Shown here one piece after another: positions 21,126 through 30,308 of a stretch of 64,000 nt of DNA (position 1 is the first letter of the stretch; every line of letters starts with the position of its first letter). The notes beneath the pieces were generated by a model. It saw only the letters and a program-made list of their open reading frames with translations, was not told where the DNA came from and made no database searches. The translations under genes were made by a program, and so were the position numbers. This DNA is from a virus, in IMG/VR virus record IMGVR_UViG_3300025759_000063, positions 32,001 to 96,000 of that record; one strand, given 5' to 3'.

Positions 21126-21276
21126 ACTTAGGTCTTATAATCTCCGAGGTAGTGTATAGTACATCAGAGAGAAATTGTCTCGTTGGTGGTGACTTTGCAA
21201 TCAACACAGAGACTAGAATAAGAATCAAAATCTTCACTTGGTTAGCATAGAAGTTTGCAGATCTTGTCTTATTCAT
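21124..21276 (-). CDS. Small membrane protein (50 aa)
   Basis: MNKTRSANFYANQVKILILILVSVLIAKSPP...; abuts the preceding gene's stop. Confidence 0.55.
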   Translation of the reverse strand: MNKTRSANFYANQVKILILILVSVLIAKSPPTRQFLSDVLYTTSEIIRPK

Positions 21277-21278
21277 TC

Positions 21279-21611
21279 TCAACCCAGACGCATCGAAGAG
21301 AAGAAAGGAACGGTAGTTAGTCCTTGAACAGTGTTCATCTTAAGAAACCATTCTCCTGCTTTTTGGAATACACGATCACCACATTCTCCGTGTGCTTGAA
21401 GAATAGCATTCAGGCGAGACTTAGTGGTATTGGATTGCCAACCACCATCAAATAAGCGAAGAAAAGTCTCACCAATCTCTGCAATCTTTTTACCATGAAG
21501 GAATACAATAGAGAGATCATTTTGCTCATCATAGGTAACAACAGTATTGGCACTTTTCCAATTCTCGTTGTTAGTGATGGCATCATTCATTTGCTTTTCG
21601 ATCTTACGCAT
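21279..21611 (-). CDS. Conserved phage early protein
   Basis: LHGKKIAEIG...GGWQSNTTKSRLNAIL motif; downstream of repeat copy 3. Confidence 0.75.
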   Translation of the reverse strand: MRKIEKQMNDAITNNENWKSANTVVTYDEQNDLSIVFLHGKKIAEIGETFLRLFDGGWQSNTTKSRLNAILQAHGECGDRVFQKAGEWFLKMNTVQGLTTVPFFSSMRLG

Positions 21612-21675
21612 TTGGTTTTTTTGTTTGAGGTTTCTGTCTTACACTACTAGGACACTTTAAGTGGCTCAGTGAGCA

Positions 21676-21921
21676 TTAGGAAATCAAATCTTCTAGAATC
21701 TCATCACCATAGCAATCGACAATTTCTTCCTTTAATTGTTGCTCATCATAGTCATTCAGATTCTCCATGATAACATCATAGGCCATAATCATCAGAGTTT
21801 TAGTATCCATATCATCAACAATCATCTGGGCATAATTATCACGGAGATTGGAGAGTTGATCAGGAGTAAGAGGCATGATTTCAGATTTGAGGATTTCGGT
21901 GTAAAGATTAGAGTCAGACAT
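21676..21921 (-). CDS. Small acidic hypothetical protein
   Basis: ORF track; D/E rich. Confidence 0.65.
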   Translation of the reverse strand: MSDSNLYTEILKSEIMPLTPDQLSNLRDNYAQMIVDDMDTKTLMIMAYDVIMENLNDYDEQQLKEEIVDCYGDEILEDLIS

Positions 21922-22105
21922 TGGTCAGATCATTGATAGTGAGGACATGAACATCAGGAACAGATTCATCAAAATGTTCGGACCATTCTTGATACGATGC
22001 AACAGCATCATCAAGACGATTCTCATCTGTCAGTTTCATCACTTGTGCATGAATATCATCAAGAATGAGTGCCAACATCTTGTCTTTTTGATTGTTGTTC
22101 ATCAT
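21914..22105 (-). CDS. Hypothetical protein
   Basis: ORF track; overlaps next gene in operon style. Confidence 0.6.
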   Translation of the reverse strand: MMNNNQKDKMLALILDDIHAQVMKLTDENRLDDAVASYQEWSEHFDESVPDVHVLTINDLTNV

Positions 22106-22271
22106 CAGAAATTAGAGAACTTGAAAGTCAGTGAAAATCTTAAGTTGTGTTGCAGTGAAGATTCTATCATCACTACATTTTGAATACTTTTCGCGTTCTA
22201 GATCAACATAGGTTTCGAGTGCACTTTGTATTGCGCGATACTCATCATTTGACAATTCCAATTTCAGCATA

Positions 22272-22499
22272 TCAATCAAAACGGGATGAAACATCTTTTC
22301 CTGGGTTTTCATAGAATGAAACAGTCTCTGTAATCTGCGAAACATCATATGTGAATTGAACCATCTTTCCATCCTTCAGAATACGATACTGAGTCAATTC
22401 TTTCCAGAATGGTTGACCATTATCATCCCAACTCTGACGCTTTTCTTTGACAGGAACAATCTCATAATCCTGATTCGTTTTTAATGAGGTGTAAATCAT
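22272..22499 (-). CDS. Hypothetical protein
   Basis: ATG 19 bp downstream of repeat copy 4. Confidence 0.65.
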   Translation of the reverse strand: MIYTSLKTNQDYEIVPVKEKRQSWDDNGQPFWKELTQYRILKDGKMVQFTYDVSQITETVSFYENPGKDVSSRFD

Positions 22500-22542
22500 C
22501 TTTTTCGTTTGAACGTCTCACTACTAGGACACTTTAAGGGGC

Positions 22543-22884
22543 TCAGTAACCCTTACTCATCATGGAAAGTGCAGCATCCTGAGTGGTGCTATCTTGTGGC
22601 AGTTGTACTTTGCGAGCACAATCAATTGCATCAGCAAAGTTATCGAAACTACCGAAGTTCTTTTGATTGCCAACCCAGCAACCTTTGTACTCATAGATCA
22701 TTGCTTCGACAGAGAATACATCGACTTTGGTATCACGATTCACACCGTGCTTAATATAAACTTTTCCATCATTTCGAGTGTACTTATCAAAGGTGTTAGA
22801 CTTGAAAGTACGGGAGAAATCAGTCACAAACTCAGAGGTGAGATCAGTATTCTGAGCGAAGAGATTAGCAAAGTGAATTGTCAT
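22543..22884 (-). CDS. Hypothetical protein
   Basis: Lies exactly between repeats 5 and 4; stop TGA supplied by repeat 4. Confidence 0.75.
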   Translation of the reverse strand: MTIHFANLFAQNTDLTSEFVTDFSRTFKSNTFDKYTRNDGKVYIKHGVNRDTKVDVFSVEAMIYEYKGCWVGNQKNFGSFDNFADAIDCARKVQLPQDSTTQDAALSMMSKGY

Positions 22885-23180
22885 TTTTGAATTTCGTTTG
22901 AACCTTACACTACTGGTACACTTTAAGTGGCTCAGTAGACATTAGAGAGTGAACGTTTGCTCTACAATCACATCAAAATCTTCCGTCATTTTGACATAAT
23001 TCCACTCACCAATATCCTCTCCTTCTTGATAACAATGAATCAGATCATTTGCATCAGTCTTGACATAACAACCATCATCAAAGTTATCCTCATCGAGAAC
23101 ATAACCAGATGCAATCAGTGCTTCAGTAAAAGTCATTTTGTTGTGAAGATAAGTCTTAATCAGTGACATTTTTTCGTTAT

Positions 23181-23528
23181 TCATCGGAGATAAAGAAACC
23201 CACCGTATTGATCACAAATAGTGGGATTCTCAGTGAGTTGCTCAACATAGAATCGAATACCCTTTGCAGGTGCTTTTACACTGGCAGGTTTGTAACATGC
23301 ACCAGTGTTATTCTCCACAAACATATATGCAGAGCGTCCATGTTTACGTTCACCACCAGAGACCAAATAAGTCATCAGTTTGATGTACTTACGACCGAAA
23401 TCTGCTTCGACTTGGTAATAAGTATCATGACCAGATTCGATGGCATTAACTTTCCATTGGTCATTCAATTGCTCAATCAGAGTATCAACAAGGAACTCAG
23501 ATTTGGTTTGATTCAGAATAGCAGACAT
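23181..23528 (-). CDS. Conserved phage hypothetical protein
   Basis: GRKYIKL...MFVENNTG.CYKPASVKAPAKGIRF motif; probable start MSAILN. Confidence 0.7.
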   Translation of the reverse strand: MSAILNQTKSEFLVDTLIEQLNDQWKVNAIESGHDTYYQVEADFGRKYIKLMTYLVSGGERKHGRSAYMFVENNTGACYKPASVKAPAKGIRFYVEQLTENPTICDQYGGFLYLR

Positions 23529-23565
23529 TTTCTTTTGATTATAATTTAAGTGTTGAATTGTGCAA

Positions 23566-23817
23566 TCAGCAGGCACAGGTAAGTGCAGAATTGAACAGTT
23601 GCGGTTCGGTGTGCATATCAGTCACAATGTAACCATAACCCTCAACACGGGAATCTACCTCATACTGGAAATCTTTCTTGGTAATGTAGCGAATAGATTG
23701 CTTGCAGTTAGAGAAAGTCAGAATCTTGAGAATATGACGATTGGAGATAGTTCCATCCGCATACTTTACGGGATAGAAATCAACAATCATGTTAGCATCT
23801 TTGGAAGTGAGTTGCAT
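23566..23817 (-). CDS. Hypothetical protein
   Basis: GGAG RBS; downstream of repeat copy 6. Confidence 0.7.
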   Translation of the reverse strand: MQLTSKDANMIVDFYPVKYADGTISNRHILKILTFSNCKQSIRYITKKDFQYEVDSRVEGYGYIVTDMHTEPQLFNSALTCAC

Positions 23818-23876
23818 TTTTCTCCTTTGGGTTTCTGTCTTACACTACTGGAACACTTTAAGGGGCTCAGTGAGCA

Positions 23877-24020
23877 CTACTTGAAAACTGCTGTGCATCC
23901 TACAATCTTTGCCTTAGGATTACGTGCTAATGCAGTCTCACGCGCATCCTGATAGTTTACAGCTTCCACAATCTCTGAGAATACCTTACCTGCAACATAC
24001 AAATCAACTTTAACTCTCAT
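23877..24020 (-). CDS. Small conserved phage protein (47 aa)
   Basis: MRVKVDLYVAGKVFSEIVEAVNYQDARETALARNPKAKIVGCTAVFK; below track cutoff. Confidence 0.65.
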   Translation of the reverse strand: MRVKVDLYVAGKVFSEIVEAVNYQDARETALARNPKAKIVGCTAVFK

Positions 24021-24988
24021 GTGCTTAAATTATAGAGTTTGCCATGATTGTGCTTCCTTGACATCAGAATCATAATACTTCTGCATTATGCTGTCAATGA
24101 TAGGATACCACTCTTCATTAGAACTTGGATACCCACATTCTCTTGCTTCACGAAGAAACCTTAAAATGCAAGTTTCCTCATTAGGAGTAAGGTCAACGCG
24201 GTTCAAACTGTAAGTCCAGATGTTCATGATTTAGACAGAAGGAGTAACAGAAACTTCTTTAATGTTTAGTCCACAGAGTTGATTGTAGACACGATTATTG
24301 ATAAGGTCACAAGCACGTTTTGCACTCGATTTCTCATACCAAACGGTCACACATCCGTCGTTGGTCTCAACTCGAACTCGATAGTTTTTCATACTTTTGG
24401 AATTGAATGTGCTTTGTTGATGATTGTAACCCATTCGGTTGGGGGTGATAGTTTGTTGGAAACTTTCACCCACCGACCCTTAAACTTAACGATTGTGTAT
24501 TTCATAAATCACCACTCAGTTTGATGTGAACGATAATTCATCAGATAAGTTAGACAATCGTCTGCCTTTTTGAGTTCCTTTTCTTTCTGATACCTATCAG
24601 AGTGATATACACTCAAGCGGTCAACTTCTTTGAGAAGATTGAGTCGAAAGAAAGTGAACTCATCATCAGCAAAAAGTGTGCGGGGGTCTTGTGCTTTCAT
24701 GTTTGAGTATGCTTCTTACACTACTGGGACACTTTAAGGGGCTCAGTAACTATCAGGCAACTGCATCCTCATCACTCACAAGAGAAAGATCTGGCAGGTT
24801 ATTTACACGCGACTTCATACGGTTGTGCTTAGAAATTGTCCATCCGTTAGCATCAGCATCGTGCAGAACTCCATCTAGTTGACGACGCTCAGATTCGGTG
24901 TGAAAATGCCTTTCTTGGTTCATGATTTCAAATCTCAAGAGAACATAAAGATTGTACCAGATTTTATTCACTCTGGCAATGGTAGCTT

Positions 24989-25264
24989 TTACCTACCGCA
25001 AGGCACCTCTTCGTACCACGTTCTGACATAACCAGGACGCCATCTGTTGCCAGGAACATATTCTTCTCTGCGAATACGTTTGATACAATATCTGTGATAG
25101 AAGTGGTCTCTGTAATTATCACGCTTTCTTTCATGGCGATGATCACTATCCTCATGAACAAATGGCTCCCAGAACTGTTGCCAGGTGATAGCATTTGCAG
25201 GGATGGGAGAGAGTGCTAAGAGCACAGCAGTTAGTAACAGTTTCATGGTTAAAATAGACTCCAT
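24989..25264 (-). CDS. Secreted/signal-peptide small protein
   Basis: MKLLLTAVLLALSPIPANA signal-like sequence; REEYVPG...PGYVRTW.E.VPC C-terminus. Confidence 0.65.
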   Translation of the reverse strand: MESILTMKLLLTAVLLALSPIPANAITWQQFWEPFVHEDSDHRHERKRDNYRDHFYHRYCIKRIRREEYVPGNRWRPGYVRTWYEEVPCGR

Positions 25265-25268
25265 TTAT

Positions 25269-26174
25269 TTAACTCCAAACCTTTTCCATGTTGAAGTTTG
25301 CATAACTAAACTCTTCACGGTCAACAACCTTGAAAGTCCCATAATTGTTAGAGATAACATAACCTTCATGGCAAACAAACGTATTACCAATCATACAAGC
25401 AATGTCATCGGTTTCTTTAATGAACAAGAACAAATCATCCTTCATAGATGCAACCAACTTCCAAAGCCGTAGCAGGTTGATGTCACATTCACATTTTTCT
25501 GCAATTTCATCCTCAACAATGGGTTGACCCTCACGGATGCAGGCATTGATTGCTTTTTTGATTTGTGTTGCCTTGCGAGCACTTACAAAATCACATAGAG
25601 TGGACATTTGACGGGCAAATGCTGCAACATCTGCCAAATCTTCACGGTATGGGTTTAACTCAACCTCGGGTTGAATAAACAGACAATTTTGGGTGCTGGG
25701 AAGGTCAAGAACCAAAGGATAAGCATCAACCTCACGCAAATCATTCCCACCACTATAAACAGTGTGTGGGGCTACAATTATATCTTGAGAGATAAACTCT
25801 GGGAAGACATATGTCAAAGTGTTGGGGCGATAGGTATCAGAACCACCGACACCAATCCAATCACCTTGGACAATAGTTTTGGTGCGAGGAAGATACTTAA
25901 AGCAAAGATGCAGAATATCTGCAACTCTACCCTCATAGAACTTATCAATCTCCCGATGAGAATGTGCAATCTTGATTTTTACTTTGTTAAAGGCACTTTT
26001 TGTAGCCACAAACCATTTCCCATTTGCAGGATTTGTTCCCCAAACCAAGCTAGGACTCCCATCAATTTTTGTGCTGATGATAGAATCAGGGTCCGAGAAC
26101 CAATCAAGAACCGAAAGGTCACCCGTTAGGATAGAATCTTCTACGTGTTCAAGGTGGATATTTTGTGCCATCAA
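25269..26174 (-). CDS. DUF6267-like protein with nucleotidyltransferase (ligase-like) motifs
   Basis: HLEHVED N-terminus, STKIDGSPSLVWG, QGD, HEGYV and KVVDR motifs. Confidence 0.65.
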   Translation of the reverse strand: MMAQNIHLEHVEDSILTGDLSVLDWFSDPDSIISTKIDGSPSLVWGTNPANGKWFVATKSAFNKVKIKIAHSHREIDKFYEGRVADILHLCFKYLPRTKTIVQGDWIGVGGSDTYRPNTLTYVFPEFISQDIIVAPHTVYSGGNDLREVDAYPLVLDLPSTQNCLFIQPEVELNPYREDLADVAAFARQMSTLCDFVSARKATQIKKAINACIREGQPIVEDEIAEKCECDINLLRLWKLVASMKDDLFLFIKETDDIACMIGNTFVCHEGYVISNNYGTFKVVDREEFSYANFNMEKVWS

Positions 26175-26211
26175 TTTACCATCGCTACACTACTAGGACA
26201 CTTTAAGGGGC

Positions 26212-26679
26212 TCAGATAGAAACAATCTCTTTAATGTAATAGGTGGAAGAATTGTAGCATTCATATTGCTTTTCTTTCTTATACTTTGTCCGATGAACTA
26301 TTGCTTTAATATTACTATATGTGTGACCCTTATTGCGTGCCCAAGTTGATAACTGCTTTACAATTTCTTCTGTCCCATCTCTAAAAATTATCTTATAAGT
26401 CTTTGCGTTAGGATTATTTTCTTTTAGTTGTTTTAGGTTTGCCTTTTTACCCTCTTCACTATGAACATTCACCCGTCCTCTATACCAACCATCTGGGATT
26501 TCATCACATTTGACCATCTTATTATCTGTTCCATTTGTTATCCAAATCTTACCTTTATTTGGAGGTGGTATATTCATTTCTTGTGGTGACAATAGCTCAT
26601 AATCATCTTCCATCAAGATGAAATCTTTTCCAGATACGTTGAAACATTCGTTCAACGATTGAACGCTTACTTTATTCAT
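26212..26679 (-). CDS. Homing-endonuclease-associated DNA-binding (NUMOD-like) protein, no clear catalytic domain
   Basis: NKGKIWITNG.DNKMV...IPDGWYRGR, HSEEGK and NPNAKTY motifs; late promoter upstream; stop inside repeat 8. Confidence 0.55.
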   Translation of the reverse strand: MNKVSVQSLNECFNVSGKDFILMEDDYELLSPQEMNIPPPNKGKIWITNGTDNKMVKCDEIPDGWYRGRVNVHSEEGKKANLKQLKENNPNAKTYKIIFRDGTEEIVKQLSTWARNKGHTYSNIKAIVHRTKYKKEKQYECYNSSTYYIKEIVSI

Positions 26680-26701
26680 TCTGCTTTATGTGTCGCAGTA
26701 T

Positions 26702-26777
26702 TATTTATACAAGAAAAGGGGCATTTCTGCCCCCATTCTCTTTGCTTAGTTGCGACACATAAGCATCATTATTTATA
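26702..26777 (-). ncRNA. Putative small late RNA (about 55 nt) between two TATAAATA promoters, complementary to the downstream leader
   Basis: TATAAATA at 26770-26777 and 26702-26709; TGCTTA-loop-TAAGCA hairpin; GGGGCA-GAAA-TGCCCC-TTTT terminator; 12-bp perfect complementarity 26751-26762 vs 26686-26697. Confidence 0.55.
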
Positions 26778-27071
26778 TCACTCAACAATGTCGTTGTAAG
26801 TATTTTGAACTTTACCAACAAACTCTTGACGCTGTTCGGGAGTCAGAAGATTGTTGCGAACAAAATTAATCAAAGTGAAAAGTCCAACAAGTTGCATTAT
26901 ACCATTGAACACAGGAATTGCATCCACAACCATCACAACCTCATGAATTATCAGTTGTGCAACAATTACAACAAAGAGAATAGTTGCGGAGATTCCAACT
27001 TTTTTGAGAACATCGTTGGTAACATTCTCATTGACGAAGGTCTTGATTTGTGCGATTTTGTCGTTCATCAT
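26778..27071 (-). CDS. CAAD/CURT1 (CurT)-like thylakoid membrane protein
   Basis: Two hydrophobic helices then VDAIPVFNGIMQLVGL...FVRNNLLTPEQRQEF, matching the CAAD pattern (ai..iPll..l.elvGl....F...Ll....Rqel). Confidence 0.7.
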   Translation of the reverse strand: MMNDKIAQIKTFVNENVTNDVLKKVGISATILFVVIVAQLIIHEVVMVVDAIPVFNGIMQLVGLFTLINFVRNNLLTPEQRQEFVGKVQNTYNDIVE

Positions 27072-27137
27072 TTCAAAAGTTTAATAGTTTTTGTGGGAGC
27101 AGTGTGCTCCTCACACTACTGGAACACTTTAAGGGGC

Positions 27138-27956
27138 TCAGTAGACAGCAATCAATTCATTTGCTTTCTTTCTACTTCCACCATTTGCTGCAATAGTTCT
27201 AGACACTTGAATTGGATAGATTGTGGCATTTTTGTATAGTTCTCTGGTGATGGAAACGTCATTATTAGATACAATCACTTTAATACCCTTTGCAGCAAGA
27301 GATTCTGCAAGTTGTGCTAGTTTAACCTGCTGGTCTGATGTAAACCCATCAGTCGCATAGCTTGTGAAGTTTGATGTATCAGATGCAGGAACATATGGTG
27401 GGTCAAAATAGACAACATCACCTGCTTCCAAATCTTCATAAAGAGATAAATCTTCAAATGAAAGTGATGTGAACCGCACCAATTGTTTGGTGAGGAAATA
27501 CATCCTAAATTTCATCATCTCTTCAGATGGACAAGTTGGTTTTTCATATTTACCAAAAGGAACATTAAATCCACCATTTTTATTGTATCTTGACAGTCCA
27601 TTAAAGCAGTGGCGATTCAAATAGATGAATAGTCTTGCCCTTTCTTTAGAATCTGTTGATTGATTGAAGTGTTCTCTCAAATCAAGATATGACTCTTTAG
27701 TATTATTCTCTGGAATGAACAGTTCTTTACAATACTGAATAAAACTATCCTCATTTGGATCTAACAAATTCTGATAAATTGCCACCAAATCTTTATTCAC
27801 ATCATTGAGAATATACTGCTCTGCTGATGTGTTCAGTGCAACAGCAAGGCTCCCACCAAAGGGTTCACAATAACGCTTTGGACTACCAATATGGGGAGTA
27901 AGATGGGGAAGGACTCTATATTTGTTTCCTGCCCACTTTAGAAAGGGTTTATGCAT
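27138..27956 (-). CDS. dam: DNA adenine methyltransferase (Dam/D12 class)
   Basis: FLKWAGNK, EPFGGS, FNGLSRYNKNGGFNVPFG, DPPY, VSN motifs. Confidence 0.93.
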   Translation of the reverse strand: MHKPFLKWAGNKYRVLPHLTPHIGSPKRYCEPFGGSLAVALNTSAEQYILNDVNKDLVAIYQNLLDPNEDSFIQYCKELFIPENNTKESYLDLREHFNQSTDSKERARLFIYLNRHCFNGLSRYNKNGGFNVPFGKYEKPTCPSEEMMKFRMYFLTKQLVRFTSLSFEDLSLYEDLEAGDVVYFDPPYVPASDTSNFTSYATDGFTSDQQVKLAQLAESLAAKGIKVIVSNNDVSITRELYKNATIYPIQVSRTIAANGGSRKKANELIAVY

Positions 27957-29352
27957 ACAAATAATTTTTTAGAATAACACGGAGTGTAGTATGTGTTCCT
28001 GTTTTCTTGATACTACCAAGTTTAATAAGATCACTAGCAGAAGAAAGATAACAATTTCTTGGATACTCAAACTCATTAGTATTATCGCACCATTCATTCA
28101 AATCTTCAAGTGTAAAAGATTTTTTAAGTCCATTCTGCATAGCATAAATGAACACCAGACGCAGGAAATTCAGTTCCTTATACATGTGCTCATTTCTATT
28201 TTTAGAGCCCAAAATGTTAGCACCACCATTAACATAGATGTTATGGTCACAGACATCTGCATTTTTACCAGCATCTCTTTCAATGTAAAAGAGTTCCCAC
28301 AAAATCCAATCAATGGCAGTCAATCGTAGTTTCCAAACATCTGCGGCACGATTACGAATCCAGGAAGAAAAATTCTTTTCTCCTTGCCAGTTGATTGTAG
28401 AACCATTGCGAACTTTGTTTCTACCAAACAATTTGTCTTGCCAATAATCTTCAACATTACTATCTTTGATGATTTTAATCTCAGAAATAAGTTGATTCAA
28501 AAACTGATTAAAATATGGTGCCTTACCATTCATATATGCTGCTGTCATGTCAACACAGAGAGCACGATAGATTTTGCTATACGTTGACCCGTTGTTGATA
28601 ATTTGAGAAGTTATTGCAGGTACATTTTCAAAAACAGGTAGATATGGTTTCACGACATCTGTCATTGTATCTACATCTTTAGGAACAGTATTATTGTCAA
28701 TCAAACTGATAGGTCCGTCCATGTCATTTAGCAACCATGGAGTTAAATTTGATTGTCCAGTTGTTGCATTTAAGTAACCGAAACCATTCAGAACAGAGGT
28801 ATAGTTATCGTTCTTAGATTTACCAGATGCAGTATGATCAATGGTACGATAAATTCGATTATATTCATCGTTGCTAGAAATTAGAACAATTTCATATCGA
28901 AGTGTTGATTCTGCCTCAGGAACACAATCTGAGAGAAGATAATCCTTTGGAATATCTAACTCACCATTAAGAAGTTTGCATAGGGTAACAATAAGAGTGT
29001 TACCATTCATCTGCTTAGGTGTCCATGCTTTAAAAGTATTGCCAAAATTATCTACAAAATCAGTGGTTGAAACCACTATCATATTTTCACGATTTGCTGT
29101 GTCATGATTATAAAGAACATATCTTCCATTCTCATCTTTCTGTAAGAAGTAAGTTCGATAAACATCACCTTCTGCCCTGTCTTCGCTATTTCTTTGAAGT
29201 GAAACTGGGTCTAAAACTTTGCTGTAAGAAGTGCCTCTTTTCTCAACCAATCCATTATAGAAAGGGAGATTTACATGGTTAGAGGATTCTCCATTTTCGT
29301 GTATTTGTTTTGCGAGCAGCACAATTTGCTCGATAAGAGTTTGAGTCAACAT
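27949..29352 (-). CDS. Hypothetical protein, possible ParB/DndB-like N-terminal domain
   Basis: Likely start MLTQTL (GGAG RBS); QR..E, QMNGNTL and IYRTID motifs loosely resemble ParB/DndB-like domains. Confidence 0.45.
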   Translation of the reverse strand: MLTQTLIEQIVLLAKQIHENGESSNHVNLPFYNGLVEKRGTSYSKVLDPVSLQRNSEDRAEGDVYRTYFLQKDENGRYVLYNHDTANRENMIVVSTTDFVDNFGNTFKAWTPKQMNGNTLIVTLCKLLNGELDIPKDYLLSDCVPEAESTLRYEIVLISSNDEYNRIYRTIDHTASGKSKNDNYTSVLNGFGYLNATTGQSNLTPWLLNDMDGPISLIDNNTVPKDVDTMTDVVKPYLPVFENVPAITSQIINNGSTYSKIYRALCVDMTAAYMNGKAPYFNQFLNQLISEIKIIKDSNVEDYWQDKLFGRNKVRNGSTINWQGEKNFSSWIRNRAADVWKLRLTAIDWILWELFYIERDAGKNADVCDHNIYVNGGANILGSKNRNEHMYKELNFLRLVFIYAMQNGLKKSFTLEDLNEWCDNTNEFEYPRNCYLSSASDLIKLGSIKKTGTHTTLRVILKNYLYA

Positions 29353-29419
29353 AGATTTTCTCCGTGTATAGATTTGGAGTGTCAAAACGGGTATAGATTT
29401 GTTTTGACTGAACTTATTT

Positions 29420-29448
29420 AGTATAAACTATTTTCAGTTAGTTGTCAA
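29420..29448 (-). promoter_or_regulatory. Sigma70-like promoter overlapping a late-type CTAAATA
   Basis: Minus strand TTGACA-17 bp-TATACT. Confidence 0.75.
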
Positions 29449-29451
29449 CTA

Positions 29452-30039
29452 TCAGAAAAGATTGCGTCCAAATTGACCACAAAGATAAAATGCCATTCCC
29501 TTATCCTTAAGAGTCACACCTGCAAATTTCAGAGGAACATAGTGACCGTTGGTTTTAGATGCTTTGGTGCGAATCTGAAGCAATCCGTTAGGGCCAGTGA
29601 TGGTATTCAATTCACTTTCCTCATCAAATGCCGTGCGAATATGGTTACAAATGAATTCGTAATCCTCTTTCAGTTCCCGATAGTGCTCAGAATGAGTTTC
29701 TGAATTTAGAAGTTCAGTTCCCACATAATCGTTGGTGCGAGTGAAACCAACGTAGATGGTCTGATTGAGTTTCTCAGCAACTTTACTTTCAGCGAAAGGA
29801 ACATTATCCTCAATAATTTCGCTAAGGCAGTGCTTTAACTGTGTCACAGCAATAGATTCACCAACCGTGAACGTCTTAAGTTCACCGTCCACAAGATCTT
29901 TGAGGTTGGAGCTGTTAGGAATGCCCAGAGCAGTTTCAATCAGTTGTCCGCGAGAACCTTTGTTCTTGCCAGGTTTGGCATATGCAGAGAAATCAGTTAC
30001 TTTCAATTTAGCAAAAGTTTGAATAGTTGTGAGAGTCAT
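29452..30039 (-). CDS. MutH/Sau3AI-family PD-(D/E)xK endonuclease
   Basis: NKGSRGQLIETALG...DLVDGELKT, LKEDYE and LLQIRTKAS motifs; likely start MTLTTIQ just after repeat 10. Confidence 0.75.
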   Translation of the reverse strand: MTLTTIQTFAKLKVTDFSAYAKPGKNKGSRGQLIETALGIPNSSNLKDLVDGELKTFTVGESIAVTQLKHCLSEIIEDNVPFAESKVAEKLNQTIYVGFTRTNDYVGTELLNSETHSEHYRELKEDYEFICNHIRTAFDEESELNTITGPNGLLQIRTKASKTNGHYVPLKFAGVTLKDKGMAFYLCGQFGRNLF

Positions 30040-30089
30040 TGCAAGTTTGTTCCTTGTACTACTACAACACTTTAAGTGGCTCAGTATCA

Positions 30090-30308
30090 TCAATCAATCG
30101 GAAGTTTAGCAACACTCTTACCTCTACGATGTTTTTGAATAAACTTGCGGGCAGATTCCTCCGTTGTGCACACTTTAAGCTGCTTGCCATTGTGAATGAT
30201 CATCAATCGGTTACAGTAAGGAACTGCTGCATAGATTCCACCATCAACAATAAATCCATTTTGGGGTGGGTTTGAGTCAAGAATGCTTGAATTAGTTGGT
30301 TGGTTCAT
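30090..30308 (-). CDS. Hypothetical protein
   Basis: Probable start MNQPTN; YAAVPY..RLMIIHNGKQLKVC. Confidence 0.6.
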   Translation of the reverse strand: MNQPTNSSILDSNPPQNGFIVDGGIYAAVPYCNRLMIIHNGKQLKVCTTEESARKFIQKHRRGKSVAKLPID

